64,000 nucleotides of DNA from Thermodesulfobacteriota bacterium (GTDB lineage Bacteria > Desulfobacterota > BSN033 > UBA1163). The notes beneath the pieces were generated by a model that saw nothing but the letters and a program-made list of their open reading frames with translations, searched no databases and was not told the origin of the DNA. The translations under genes were made by a program, and so were the position numbers. Positions 8,839-17,918 of the stretch are shown piece after piece. How positions within the stretch are numbered: the first letter of the stretch is position 1; each line of letters starts with the position of its first letter. The stretch is taken from contig JBAVGF010000028.1 of NCBI GenBank assembly GCA_049684675.1, positions 341 to 64,340 on the forward strand. Direction: 5' to 3'.

Positions 8839-10263
8839 ATGGTTTCTTCAAAAAACCTCTTTAGAGCAGAGAGAGATTCGATGGGTCCTGTCAGGGTTCC
8901 GAAAGAGGCTTACTATGGAGCCCAAACGCAGAGGGCAATTGAAAATTTTCCTGTGAGCGGTTGGCGATTTGGAAGGGAGTTTATCTATGCCATGGGTCTC
9001 GTCAAATTTGCTTCGGCCCGGGCGAATGCTGAGTTGGGTCTCCTCAGGAAAAGAATCGGCAGGGCCGTCGAGCGGGCCGCTCAAGAGGTGATGGAAGGAA
9101 GATGGGATGACCAATTCGTGGTAGATATCTTTCAAACTGGCTCCGGGACTTCCACCAACATGAATGCAAACGAGGTGATTGCCAATCGTGCCAATGAGAT
9201 TTTGGGAAGCAAGAGAGGGACCTACCGGCCTGTGCATCCCAATGACCACGTGAATCTGGGCCAGTCGAGTAATGATGTCTTCCCTTCTGCCATCCACATC
9301 GCCTCGGTCACCCTCCTCCGGCAAGAACTCCTCCCGGCGCTGAGAGGTCTTCATAAGGCATTAAAGGATAAAGGAAGAAAATTTCATCCGATCCTTAAAA
9401 TCGGAAGAACCCATCTCCAGGATGCCACCCCGATCCGGTTGGGTCAGGAATTCGAAGGGTATGCCCGTCAAGTGGAATTGGGAATCCACAGAATTCAGAA
9501 TGCCATGACGTTCCTCTTTGAACTTCCGTTAGGAGGGACGGCAGTTGGGACGGGGATCAACACCCATCCCTCCTTTGCAAAGAAATCGATCTCCATCATG
9601 AATCAGGAAACAGGTTGTCGCTTCCATGAGGCCCTTGACCATTTTGAGGCACAGGGCGCTCGAGATGCCTCGGTCGAAATGAGCGCGTCTTTAAAAACGC
9701 TGGCTGTCAGTCTCATTAAAATCGCCAACGACGTCCGGTGGCTGGGTTCAGGCCCCCGGTGTGGAATCGGGGAAATCCGTCTCCCGGACACCCAGCCCGG
9801 TTCTTCGATCATGCCCGGAAAAGTCAATCCTGTCATCCCTGAATCCCTCATCCAGGTATGTGTTCAAGTGATCGGACATGACACGGCGATCACCCTCGCG
9901 GGGCTCAGCGGCAATTTTGAACTCAACGTGATGATGCCGTTGATCGCTTACAATCTCCTGCAATCCCTTCATCTTCTCGCCAATGGAGTGAATAACTTTT
10001 CGAAAAAATGTATCCAGGGATTGAAGGCGGATCGTAAGCGCTGCGAAGAGATGATTGGAAAAAGCTTAGCCCTGGCTACGGCCTTGACGCCGATCATTGG
10101 ATACGAGGAAGGAGCCCGAATCGCAAAAAAGGCTTACCTTCAGAATAAGACCATTCGTAGCGTGGTAGAAGAGGAGAGGCTTTTCCCAAAAGAAGAGTTA
10201 AATCGGTTACTCGACCCTCGACGAATGATCGCCCCGGTGACAACAGCAAAAATGAAAAAGTAA
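8839..10263 (+). CDS. fumC: Class II fumarate hydratase (fumarase C / aspartase superfamily)
   Basis: GSSIMPGKVNP signature, TGSGTSTNMNANEVIANRA and SSNDVFPSAIHIA, which are closer to FumC than to AspA. SD AGGGAGGAGG lies 8 nt upstream of ATG 8839. The TCA context supports the call. Confidence 0.82.
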   Translation: MVSSKNLFRAERDSMGPVRVPKEAYYGAQTQRAIENFPVSGWRFGREFIYAMGLVKFASARANAELGLLRKRIGRAVERAAQEVMEGRWDDQFVVDIFQTGSGTSTNMNANEVIANRANEILGSKRGTYRPVHPNDHVNLGQSSNDVFPSAIHIASVTLLRQELLPALRGLHKALKDKGRKFHPILKIGRTHLQDATPIRLGQEFEGYARQVELGIHRIQNAMTFLFELPLGGTAVGTGINTHPSFAKKSISIMNQETGCRFHEALDHFEAQGARDASVEMSASLKTLAVSLIKIANDVRWLGSGPRCGIGEIRLPDTQPGSSIMPGKVNPVIPESLIQVCVQVIGHDTAITLAGLSGNFELNVMMPLIAYNLLQSLHLLANGVNNFSKKCIQGLKADRKRCEEMIGKSLALATALTPIIGYEEGARIAKKAYLQNKTIRSVVEEERLFPKEELNRLLDPRRMIAPVTTAKMKK

Positions 10264-10297
10264 AGATCACGTCTCGCAAGAAAAAGAGGCCGTTTCC

Positions 10298-11068
10298 CTA
10301 CTCCTTGCGATTCAAGATGAGGAACAGGACAATTCCCCCAACAATCATAAAGGATGAAAGGGTTTGTCCCATGGTAAAGGGACCAAGGATAAATCCGAGC
10401 TGGGGGTCCGGTTCCCTGAACAATTCCACAAAAAATCGAAATAGCCCGTAAAGAGAAAGAAATGCGGCTAAGAGCCCGCCATCGGGAAGCTTCTTATCCT
10501 TGAGAAACCAAAGGATTAGAAAAAGGACGCCTCCCTCCAGGGCGCTTTCATAGAGTTGAGAGGGGTGGCGGGGCAATGAACCTCCATTTTTGAAAATCAT
10601 CCCCCAGGGGACGCGAGTGACCCGGCCGTAGAGCTCCCCGTTGATGAAATTACCAATTCTTCCTAAACCCAATCCAATAGGAGCGGTGACAATGAAGAGG
10701 TCAGCGATCTTCCAGAACGATTTCTTATTCTTCCAGGAAAAAAGAATCCCAACGATCAGGACGCCGATCAACCCTCCATGAAAGGACATGCCACCGTGCC
10801 AGATGGCAAAGATCTCAAGGGGATCTTTAAGATACATCTTAAGGTCATAGAAAAGAACATATCCCAGCCGGGCCCCGACGATTAACCCGAGGATGAGATA
10901 GAAGAAGAGATTTTCCACCTCCAGTTTTGAAACCCCGAAATCCTTTTTCTTCATTTGATACCGGACAAGGAGATAGGAAGCGAAAAATCCAAGAACATAC
11001 ATCAACCCGTACCAGCTCACTCGAATGGGTCCGAGTTCGATCAAGATGGGATTAAAATTGACGGTCAT
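10298..11068 (-). CDS. lgt: Prolipoprotein diacylglyceryl transferase
   Basis: 256-aa polytopic membrane protein with the GRIGNFINGELYGR motif and the WYGLMY N-terminal region typical of Lgt. Confidence 0.9.
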   Translation of the reverse strand: MTVNFNPILIELGPIRVSWYGLMYVLGFFASYLLVRYQMKKKDFGVSKLEVENLFFYLILGLIVGARLGYVLFYDLKMYLKDPLEIFAIWHGGMSFHGGLIGVLIVGILFSWKNKKSFWKIADLFIVTAPIGLGLGRIGNFINGELYGRVTRVPWGMIFKNGGSLPRHPSQLYESALEGGVLFLILWFLKDKKLPDGGLLAAFLSLYGLFRFFVELFREPDPQLGFILGPFTMGQTLSSFMIVGGIVLFLILNRKE

Positions 11069-11141
11069 GATTTTCTCCCGATGTCTTCATTTTATTGGAG
11101 AACGAGCAACTATTCAAGGCCTTTTCGGACCGCAAATAAAA

Positions 11142-11170
11142 TTGACGTCCAATATCAATTTATGTATAAT
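11142..11170 (+). promoter_or_regulatory. Near-consensus sigma70-type promoter TTGACG-17-TATAAT for the AAA+ ATPase gene
   Basis: TTGACG at 11142-11147, a 17-nt spacer, and TATAAT at 11165-11170. The ATG at 11183 is only 12 nt after the -10 box and has no SD. Confidence 0.55.
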
Positions 11171-11182
11171 CTAACCAATTTT

Positions 11183-12688
11183 ATGGAAGAGACATCTAAA
11201 AAGCAACAAATTCTACAAGACCTGAAGAAATTCATCCTGTCGAAGACCTCCATTGTCTATATCCAATCCGATGAAGAAGATCGGGTAGAGGACCTTCTCA
11301 AAGAACTCAGCGCGACGTTCCAACCCAAGCCCAAGATCTTCATCTGGAACCCTTTCCAAGGGTTAACCGGTGAGAATGAAAAGATTGAGAATTCCAAGAA
11401 CCCTATTGAGGCTCTGGATAAAGTGATCCAGAGTACAGAACAAGCTTTTTATCTCTTTGAGGGACTCCACCCCTATCTCAGGACAGACCTCTTCCTTCCC
11501 AGGAAGTTAAAGGATCTCCACCGTGCACTTCGAAATCGGTACGCGACGCTTTTTATCGTGGCTCCTGTTCTGGTCGTCCCGGAGGAGCTTAAGCGAGACA
11601 TGGTGGTCTATGAACTTCCCATGCCGGACGCGACGGAAGTGGAGCAAGCCCTGATGGGAATCATCTCCGCGAGTCCCCAGGCTTCCAAGTTAACGGAATC
11701 TCTGACACCGGAGTTGAAGGATCGGATGGTGAAGGCAGCGCTCGGCCTTTCTCTCGACCAGGTGGCCCGGGCCTTTCGCAGTGCCCTCATCGGAAGGACG
11801 GCCATTGATGCCTCCTTGATCGATGCAGTGATTGAAGAAAAAGGACAGCTCATTAAGAAATCGGGAATCCTTAATCTGGTTGTCAATCGGCCCGCTCTGG
11901 AGGACATCGGTGGGCTGGAAAACCTCAAAGATTGGCTGAAGAAAAGGTCCAAGGTTTTGAGCGGTGAGGGAAAATCCTTCGGTCTCCAACTTCCAAAGGG
12001 GGTCTTGATCACCGGTCTTTCAGGATGTGGGAAAAGTCTCTGTGCCAAGGCATTTGCCTCTTTCTGGCAAGTCCCTCTGCTTCACCTTGACATGGCCAGG
12101 CTCTATGATGGAACGATTGGAGAACCTGAAGAAGCCTTACAGGTTTCCCTTCGAACGGCGGAATCTGTAGCCCCTTGTGTTCTCTGGATTGACGAGATCG
12201 AAGCAGGTATCAGCATTCAGAGCCAAAAGGCCGGAGGAGGGACTCAATCCCGGGTCTTTGCCTCCTTTCTTACCTGGATGCAGGAAAAAAGTGTTTTTGT
12301 CTTTATTGCCGCGACAGCCAATGTCATCGAACTCCTCCCCCCGGAGGTCTTGAGAAAGGGCCGTTTTGACCAAATCTTTTTTGTCACCCTGCCCAAGGCT
12401 CAAGAAAGAAAGTCTATTTTCTCCATCCATCTGAAGAAAAACGGCGCAGGTCTATCCCAGATCAATTTAGATATGCTGGTGAAGGTGACCGAGGGGTTTA
12501 ACGGTGCGGAAATTGAGCAGGCGGTCAACGGGGCGATGATTGAAGCCTTTAATTCAGGCCGGCCAATGAATGAACAGGACCTGGTGATCTCGGCCGGGAA
12601 TATCGTCCCTCTCTCCACAACCATGAGGGAAGAGATGGGAAGGATGGAACGCTGGGCCTACAATCGGGCCATTCCAGCCTCCAAATAA
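11183..12688 (+). CDS. AAA+ ATPase, Ycf46-like (single AAA module at the C-terminus)
   Basis: Walker A GLSGCGKS and Walker [22 protein letters not shown] precedes the module. The N-terminus [34 protein letters not shown] resembles Ycf46-family N-termini. The track ORF start (10955) overlaps lgt and the promoter, so it was trimmed. Confidence 0.8.
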   Translation: MEETSKKQQILQDLKKFILSKTSIVYIQSDEEDRVEDLLKELSATFQPKPKIFIWNPFQGLTGENEKIENSKNPIEALDKVIQSTEQAFYLFEGLHPYLRTDLFLPRKLKDLHRALRNRYATLFIVAPVLVVPEELKRDMVVYELPMPDATEVEQALMGIISASPQASKLTESLTPELKDRMVKAALGLSLDQVARAFRSALIGRTAIDASLIDAVIEEKGQLIKKSGILNLVVNRPALEDIGGLENLKDWLKKRSKVLSGEGKSFGLQLPKGVLITGLSGCGKSLCAKAFASFWQVPLLHLDMARLYDGTIGEPEEALQVSLRTAESVAPCVLWIDEIEAGISIQSQKAGGGTQSRVFASFLTWMQEKSVFVFIAATANVIELLPPEVLRKGRFDQIFFVTLPKAQERKSIFSIHLKKNGAGLSQINLDMLVKVTEGFNGAEIEQAVNGAMIEAFNSGRPMNEQDLVISAGNIVPLSTTMREEMGRMERWAYNRAIPASK

Positions 12689-12692
12689 AAAG

Positions 12693-13013
12693 TTAGTAAT
12701 CCTCTTTATCCTCGTCGTCGTAATCCTCCTCCTCGAATTCGTCCTCCTCTAAATCTTCTTCCCCCTCTTCTTCCTCCTCTTCCTTTTCCTCCTTCTTCTT
12801 TGCTTTTATCCTTAAATTGATCTTTTCCAAACTATCATCTCCCAGATCATCGATGACTTCATTAAAAAACATGGCCAGGGAAATGACATACTCTTCGGGC
12901 AGTTCCCGGAACCATTCTATGACCCTCTCCGCTATTTCCATCTTCTCACTCGTCGAAGAGTCCTCGATAAGATCGATCGCCTTACGATAGTGTTTATTGA
13001 ACGCCCGGATCAT
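12693..13013 (-). CDS. Hypothetical protein with an extremely acidic C-terminal tail
   Basis: 106-aa ORF. The last ~40 aa are almost only E/D/K (KKEEKEEEEEEGEEDLEEDEFEEEDYDDEDKEDY). No family recognised. Confidence 0.45.
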   Translation of the reverse strand: MIRAFNKHYRKAIDLIEDSSTSEKMEIAERVIEWFRELPEEYVISLAMFFNEVIDDLGDDSLEKINLRIKAKKKEEKEEEEEEGEEDLEEDEFEEEDYDDEDKEDY

Positions 13014-13137
13014 AAAACAATTCTCGCCTCCTATTCCTTTTGAATTTATTTTTCAATATTATACTTTCCTTCTCCTCCGTGAACAACAAAAATTTTTTTG
13101 AGGAACGGAAAGGTATGGAGATGGAATGAAGAAGCTT

Positions 13138-13899
13138 TTACTGAAATCGGGTGATCTGGACTCCCAAGAAGGGCATGTTTGAAAGATATCCCTTTAACGG
13201 GACCTTCTTTACTGCCCCGCCTCTGCCTTTATGGCCACTGGCATGAATGAGAAAGAATTCTCTGCCCTCGGGATTCCTCTCAGTTTTTTCAACTTTTATG
13301 ACTCCGATGTGCCCGATGATTTCACCGACTTTTCTCTTTTCAGGTCTGGTAGCAAAAAAAATGATGTCTCCACTTTTTAAGCGGCTCCTCCCTCTCATCA
13401 GTTCATCAGGGGAGAGGATCTCTGCAAAATCCTTTCCCCTTGACCCTTTTATCTTCATCATTCTCCCGACCTCAGAGGTCACCTCCTTACCCCATTTTCC
13501 ACTCTCAACCATATCTTCACCATATTCAAAACGGTCTTCGTAATTCGTCACCCGACCATCCTTGAGAACACCCTTTGAATGAAATCTCTTATCCAGGGCT
13601 ATTTGCATGGCCTCCTCCGGAGTATGGCTCAAAGCGAGCTCCACCACCCTGAACGTCAGATACATACAATCCATCCTCTCATCCGCCACAATGGTCGCCT
13701 TGGAGACGTACTCCCCTAACGGGTCGTCATCGTAAGGGACACCGATAAATTTCTCTGCCCAGAAAGCAATTCTCTCGCCGATGGATTTGTCCGCCCACAG
13801 AGCCTGGAATTTTTGAATTTCTTCACCGGGGAGTCCAAAACAAGGCTGAAGGAATAAACAAACGATGAACGGGATGAGAAAGATCTTGCATTTTTTCAT
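13138..13899 (-). CDS. Secreted protein, DUF1460 / NlpC-P60-like (tentative)
   Basis: Signal peptide MKKCKIFLIPFIVCLFLQPCFG. The motifs FIGVPYDDDPLGE, DCMYLTFRVVELAL, SGDIIFF, GHIGVI and LIHASG are reminiscent of DUF1460 amidase-like proteins. Confidence 0.55.
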   Translation of the reverse strand: MKKCKIFLIPFIVCLFLQPCFGLPGEEIQKFQALWADKSIGERIAFWAEKFIGVPYDDDPLGEYVSKATIVADERMDCMYLTFRVVELALSHTPEEAMQIALDKRFHSKGVLKDGRVTNYEDRFEYGEDMVESGKWGKEVTSEVGRMMKIKGSRGKDFAEILSPDELMRGRSRLKSGDIIFFATRPEKRKVGEIIGHIGVIKVEKTERNPEGREFFLIHASGHKGRGGAVKKVPLKGYLSNMPFLGVQITRFQ

Positions 13900-14161
13900 G
13901 GTTGATATTCACCCTAAAAGTGGACGTTTACTAACATTATACTTTATAAGTTAGGGCCATTTCCAATATACCAAAAATTAGGAAATTAATTAAGAGGCTG
14001 GACCTTTCAAAAAGAACTCCTTTCCATTTCCGATCAAGAAGGAACATTCCCTATTTTTGCTGAGAACTCCAACCGGTTAGAGAGGGTATGAGAGGAGAAG
14101 AGGTGACGCCCGCTCCATGGAGCAGGGGTCGGGAGGAAGCTTATTTTGAAGCAAAGCTATT

Positions 14162-14260
14162 TTATCTTGCGCTTCCGATTCTGATGATCCCATCTACCAT
14201 GATCAAGAGAATGATGAAGGAATTGATAAGCACCAGTTCGGAGGCTGTTGGATTTATCAT
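14162..14260 (-). CDS. Small hydrophobic peptide A (32 aa, MINPTASELVLINSFIILLIMVDGIIRIGSAR), distantly Flp-pilin-like
   Basis: Paralog of 17001-17120. Ten silent codon differences against seven mostly conservative replacements in the minus frame. SD-like GGAAGGG lies 4 nt upstream of the ATG. The track shows only a longer minus ORF (14162-14386) and a plus-strand shadow ORF. Confidence 0.45.
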   Translation of the reverse strand: MINPTASELVLINSFIILLIMVDGIIRIGSAR

Positions 14261-14684
14261 AGGACCCTTCCACAATATTCTCGGAAACAGGGACAGTCCC
14301 TTACTTTTTTTTCGGACCCCCCTGTCCCTGCAAATCCCGGGAAACTTCCCGGCAACTCTCTTAATTTCGATCAATCTGTCTTCCACTCACGAGGAGTTCA
14401 TTCTTTTGGTGGAAGGCGTTCATTGTGACTGACTTCAGACTACTGAATGGGGAGAAAGAAATAAATAAGGAAAACACCTTATTTTGCGGAGAAAAGCACT
14501 GTATTTCTTGGTCACTCTATCCCAAGTGCTTCCCGGAGACTTCGCCGAAAACATCTTCATTGAGCGTTCCTGGCAGCTTCTATTCAAATAGTGGAGGGAG
14601 CAATGTTTTCCGGCAGGTGGTCAACCCGAGGCGGGAGGAGAAGACAGGATCCGTCGGCTGTTTACTCGATGCAATCCGGCGGGC

Positions 14685-15926
14685 TCATTCCCATTTATTC
14701 AACACCAATCCGGTTAGAAGTTTCGGATAAAAGTAGGTGGACTTCGGCGGCATCCTCGTTGAGGAAAAGGCAGATTTTTCGACATCCTCAACCCGTGTCG
14801 GATTCAGGAAAAAAGCGGCGGCATACTCTCCGTGATTCACTTGGTCGAGTGCCTTCCCAATATCCATCTCATACCCGATTTCTGCGTTCGGGAGGATCTT
14901 CTTGAATATCAGCTCATGCAGGATGATCACATCGATTTCCCTCAGATCAGGATGGACGTCCGAGAGATTCCGTCCCCTATAACTAAGAATGTGCCACGCC
15001 TTTCCTTGTTTCACGAAGAACCCGAAAGCATTCTTCCTGCCGGAGAGCCTTTGACGGATGTCGAAATCCTTTGTGATCGTTTCGATCTCGAAATACCTGG
15101 AAATTATTCCGTGGATATCCTGGGGAATTTCCTTGATGAGCCGGTGTGTCGGAAGGATTGTGATTCCCTCGTCCTTCAAATTGGCCAGAAACATGAGGGT
15201 GTAATCATAGGATTTCCTTTCCGAGGCAGATGCCCTCTTTGCCGACATTTCTCTCTGGTAGTCAAGCGAAGTCTCATACCGGTGGTGGCCATCGGCGATA
15301 AAGATCGTCTTGTCCGAAAGTTCCCGTTTAATGATCTCTATTTCCTCGGTCTGATCGATCAGCCAGAGCCGGTGCAGATTACCGGAGATATCAGCCGCCT
15401 GGAAATGGGGCCTTTGAAGGGTCGCCCTTGACAGAATTCTGGATATTCCATCCGCTGAGCATTTGTAGAGGGAGAAGATGGGGCTGGTGTTCGCCTCACA
15501 AGCCTTCAGGAGACTTAGCCTATCCTGTTTCGGATTCGAGTGCGTGCATTCATGCGGATAAATGCTCCCTTTCCCCAATTCTTCGAGTTTCACGAGACAC
15601 AGAAATCCGGGGAGTCGCTTTCTGACGCCATGGATGGTATAGGTCATCTCGTAGGCGTAAAACGAAGGCTTATCGCTGCGCGTCAATATGCGGCCCTTTA
15701 TCCAATCGTCGAGATATCCTTTGGCCCGTGTGTATCTATTTTCTGTTTCATTATCTCCCGGTTCTTCTTTACCGAAATCTATTTTGACAATATTATACGG
15801 GCTCTGCCTGTATAATGATTCCCGCTCTTCGTCCTTAATAATGTCATAAGGAGGAGCAATGACATCTCCGATAGAAACCTTGGAAACATCATACAGAAGC
15901 CCCCTGAAGGGAATGATCTCTGCCAT
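14685..15926 (-). CDS. DUF1015 family protein
   Basis: 413 aa. The N-terminus MAEIIPFRGLLYD and the internal IADGHHRYETSL are typical of DUF1015. Confidence 0.8.
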   Translation of the reverse strand: MAEIIPFRGLLYDVSKVSIGDVIAPPYDIIKDEERESLYRQSPYNIVKIDFGKEEPGDNETENRYTRAKGYLDDWIKGRILTRSDKPSFYAYEMTYTIHGVRKRLPGFLCLVKLEELGKGSIYPHECTHSNPKQDRLSLLKACEANTSPIFSLYKCSADGISRILSRATLQRPHFQAADISGNLHRLWLIDQTEEIEIIKRELSDKTIFIADGHHRYETSLDYQREMSAKRASASERKSYDYTLMFLANLKDEGITILPTHRLIKEIPQDIHGIISRYFEIETITKDFDIRQRLSGRKNAFGFFVKQGKAWHILSYRGRNLSDVHPDLREIDVIILHELIFKKILPNAEIGYEMDIGKALDQVNHGEYAAAFFLNPTRVEDVEKSAFSSTRMPPKSTYFYPKLLTGLVLNKWE

Positions 15927-16282
15927 AAGTTTGGATCCTTAGTGGGCTGCCGGGTAAAAGATTTGTTCAGGCCCCTGCTGGAGTTTTCAAGAAAAAGTTT
16001 TCACATCTTAGCATGGGTACAAAGAAAAAAGCAAACGAACCGGTCAGCGTGGATTTCTTCAGAGGCAACGAACTATTGGACCAAAGGAGACCGTGGCGCC
16101 TTGAGGGGAGGGCCGCATCGAGCCACAAGAGGATTTGGGTTCTAAGCGATGGAGTCCGGTTGATGAGGAAGAATCGAAGAGTCCTGTCGATATCAATGAT
16201 GGAACAGCCAAAAAATGGTCAAATCCGTTCGAGAATCCTTGCGAGAATTTTTCCTCAAAAACACTCGCTCTATTGGAGTGAA

Positions 16283-16370
16283 TGGTGCCGGAGGTCGGAA
16301 TCGAACCGACATGAGCTTGCGGCTCGCGGGATTTTGAGTCCCGTGCGTCTACCAGTTTCACCACTCCGGC
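16283..16370 (-). tRNA. tRNA-Leu (anticodon CAA)
   Basis: The reverse complement reads GCCGGAGTGGTGAAACTGGTAGACGCACGGGACTCAAAATCCCGCGAGCCGCAAGCTCATGTCGGTTCGATTCCGACCTCCGGCACCA. It has a long variable arm, a CAA anticodon loop and an encoded CCA. Confidence 0.9.
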
Positions 16371-16522
16371 ATGAAAACAACTATAAGAAAAAGGATTCCG
16401 TATGTCAATTCCAAAAATGACGGACCCCGTGTCCATCGTCTCCCTACAAGGGAGATGGGTATAAACAGAAGGCAAATCTGATTTGACAACACATTTTGCG
16501 CTGTGTTATTTTTAATTTTTGT

Positions 16523-16598
16523 GGGGCTGTAGCTCAGCTGGGAGAGCGCTTGAATGGCATTCAAGAGGCCGACGGTTCGATCCCGTTCAGCTCCACCA
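16523..16598 (+). tRNA. tRNA-Ala (anticodon GGC)
   Basis: GGGGCTGTAGCTCAGCTGGGAGAGCGCTTGAATGGCATTCAAGAGGCCGACGGTTCGATCCCGTTCAGCTCCACCA. It has the G3:U70 identity pair, a GGC anticodon and an encoded CCA. A possible TTGACA (16483-16488) promoter lies upstream. Confidence 0.9.
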
Positions 16599-16888
16599 TT
16601 TAATCTTTTTATTCGGGGCTTTTCCGGTTTATAGCCTAAAGCTAAACCCGCCGCATCGACAAGCCTTGGGTTTCATCCCCTCCGCCGTTGAAAATGTCGG
16701 AAATCGTCTAAGAATCTCCCATAAAGACTCTGTAGAGGATTATCTCATCGAGAACACTTCCCTGAAAGCGTGATTCTTGGGTTTCGTCCCGCAATGCACA
16801 GGTTTCCATAAAATGATGTAGCAGTTGAAGGTGAGGCATCTACACATTGAGCCAGGAAACCCTGAGATAATTGACCGGGATAAAGAAG

Positions 16889-16925
16889 GAGAATCCGCCG
16901 AATTCTTTGAATGCGGCGGATTCTC
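16889..16925 (-). terminator. Hairpin downstream of small peptide gene B (possible intrinsic terminator)
   Basis: Perfect 12-bp stem GAGAATCCGCCG / CGGCGGATTCTC with a 13-nt loop. On the minus strand it is followed by CUUCUUUAU. It lies 76 nt after the stop at 17001. Confidence 0.4.
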
Positions 16926-17000
16926 TCCGGTTAAAGGTTAAATGGGAAGGAGGAGAGAAGGTGCTCGTTCTGTTAAACAGGAACGAGCCATAAGGAAAAT

Positions 17001-17120
17001 TCAATTTGGATCAATGCTTTTTGATTTTGCGGCTCCAATTCGAATAATCGCGTCTACAATGATCAAAACAATGATGAAGGAATTAATGAGCGCCAATTCG
17101 CTGGCTGTCGCATGGATCAT
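17001..17120 (-). CDS. Small hydrophobic peptide B (39 aa, MIHATASELALINSFIIVLIIVDAIIRIGAAKSKSIDPN), distantly Flp-pilin-like
   Basis: Paralog of 14162-14260 (24 of 31 aligned residues identical). GGGAGGA lies 4 nt upstream of ATG 17120. Upstream parts of the two longer track ORFs are unrelated, so the shared ATG is taken as the start. Confidence 0.45.
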   Translation of the reverse strand: MIHATASELALINSFIIVLIIVDAIIRIGAAKSKSIDPN

Positions 17121-17486
17121 AGGGTCCTCCCACGATACTTTAACGTCAATAAAGTATAAAGCACATTCCATGCCAAACATAAGGTTCATCAATTCATTGA
17201 AATTGCTTAGAATTTTATGGATAGAGGATGTGAATTTAATTACTAAATAGAAAGAAAATTTATACTTTGCGGAGGAAGCACTAAGAATTGTATTAACGAT
17301 CGGAAAAATAAGGAAAAAACTGATTGAGACATTAAGTCACGGATAGTCCCCGTAATGCCAAAAATCGACTTCTCCGGTTTCTATGCAGAGGAACGACGGG
17401 ATATCAGATGGAACTCGAAAATAGTGAATTGCCCTTAAGATAGGTCTTTATAAAATCCTGCTGTCTCGGTTTGTTCAGCCTTGCCG

Positions 17487-17918
17487 TTAGGAAGTGTAGG
17501 GTGGCTGTTGTGCGGAGCTTATTAGGAAATTTTTCAAAATAGTCCTATCCTCCGAAGAGATGTCTTCAAATCTCACTCCGGTTCGGTAATCCCATGTCCA
17601 ATCCCTTCTGAGATGAATATCCGTCCAAACCACCTGGACAACCGCCTCAATAATATTTAATCCGGGCCGAATAGGAAGAAATAATTTCAACGCCAGATGT
17701 TGACCAATTCCCATTTTCTCCGGAAGGCAGACAAGTAATCCTCCTTCGCTGGCATTGGCGGCTCGAGCGTATTTGAAGAGCGAGTTGGTTTTACTATACT
17801 TAACCGGCAAAGCCACAGTAAATCTGGCGCACTCTCTCTTTTCCGGGGCAAGCTTCTTTTCCATTAACGACATTCTCCTTGCTCCCATTTGGTTTGTCTT
17901 TATGGCACTTAATAGCAA
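17487..17918 (-). CDS. PilZ domain protein
   Basis: RECAR (RxxxR) followed by NASEGG (N-x-S-x-x-G), the c-di-GMP binding signature. 143-aa ORF. The true start may be one of the internal Met codons (MSLMEKK). Confidence 0.7.
   Translation of the reverse strand: MLLSAIKTNQMGARRMSLMEKKLAPEKRECARFTVALPVKYSKTNSLFKYARAANASEGGLLVCLPEKMGIGQHLALKLFLPIRPGLNIIEAVVQVVWTDIHLRRDWTWDYRTGVRFEDISSEDRTILKNFLISSAQQPPYTS

Noticed and set aside
8549-8956. ORFs 8549-8956(+) and 8572-8769(-) in the acn/fumC spacer
   Set aside because: They are translations of hairpin element copy 3. The plus ORF also runs into fumC out of frame. There is no SD and no protein-like composition.
10955-11182. N-terminal extensions of track ORFs: AAA ATPase from 10955, thiL from 25221, hemD from 57568, sdhA from 4658, and the lipoprotein from 18913
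   Set aside because: The extensions overlap the preceding gene or a promoter, are not family-like, and a downstream ATG with an SD or a family-typical N-terminus exists. Starts were trimmed accordingly.
14088-14432. Plus-strand ORFs 14088-14432 (114 aa) and 16942-17250 (102 aa), which share the segment STMIK.MMKEL
   Set aside because: Their similarity is the opposite-strand shadow of the small peptide genes. In the plus frame the differences are mostly radical replacements (6 silent versus 13 replacement). In the minus frame there are 10 silent and 7 conservative changes.
14483-14500. Conserved box upstream of the peptide genes considered as a sigma54 promoter (minus strand AGTGCTTTTCTCCGCAAA)
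   Set aside because: The spacing resembles -24/-12, but the essential GG of the -24 element is GT here. It cannot be called a sigma54 promoter and is kept only as a conserved box.
16059-16475. ORFs 16059-16475(-), 16013-16420(+) and 16358-16564(-)
   Set aside because: They overlap tRNA-Leu and/or tRNA-Ala and read through the tRNA sequences (for example AGVVKLVDARDSKS). These are classic spurious ORFs.
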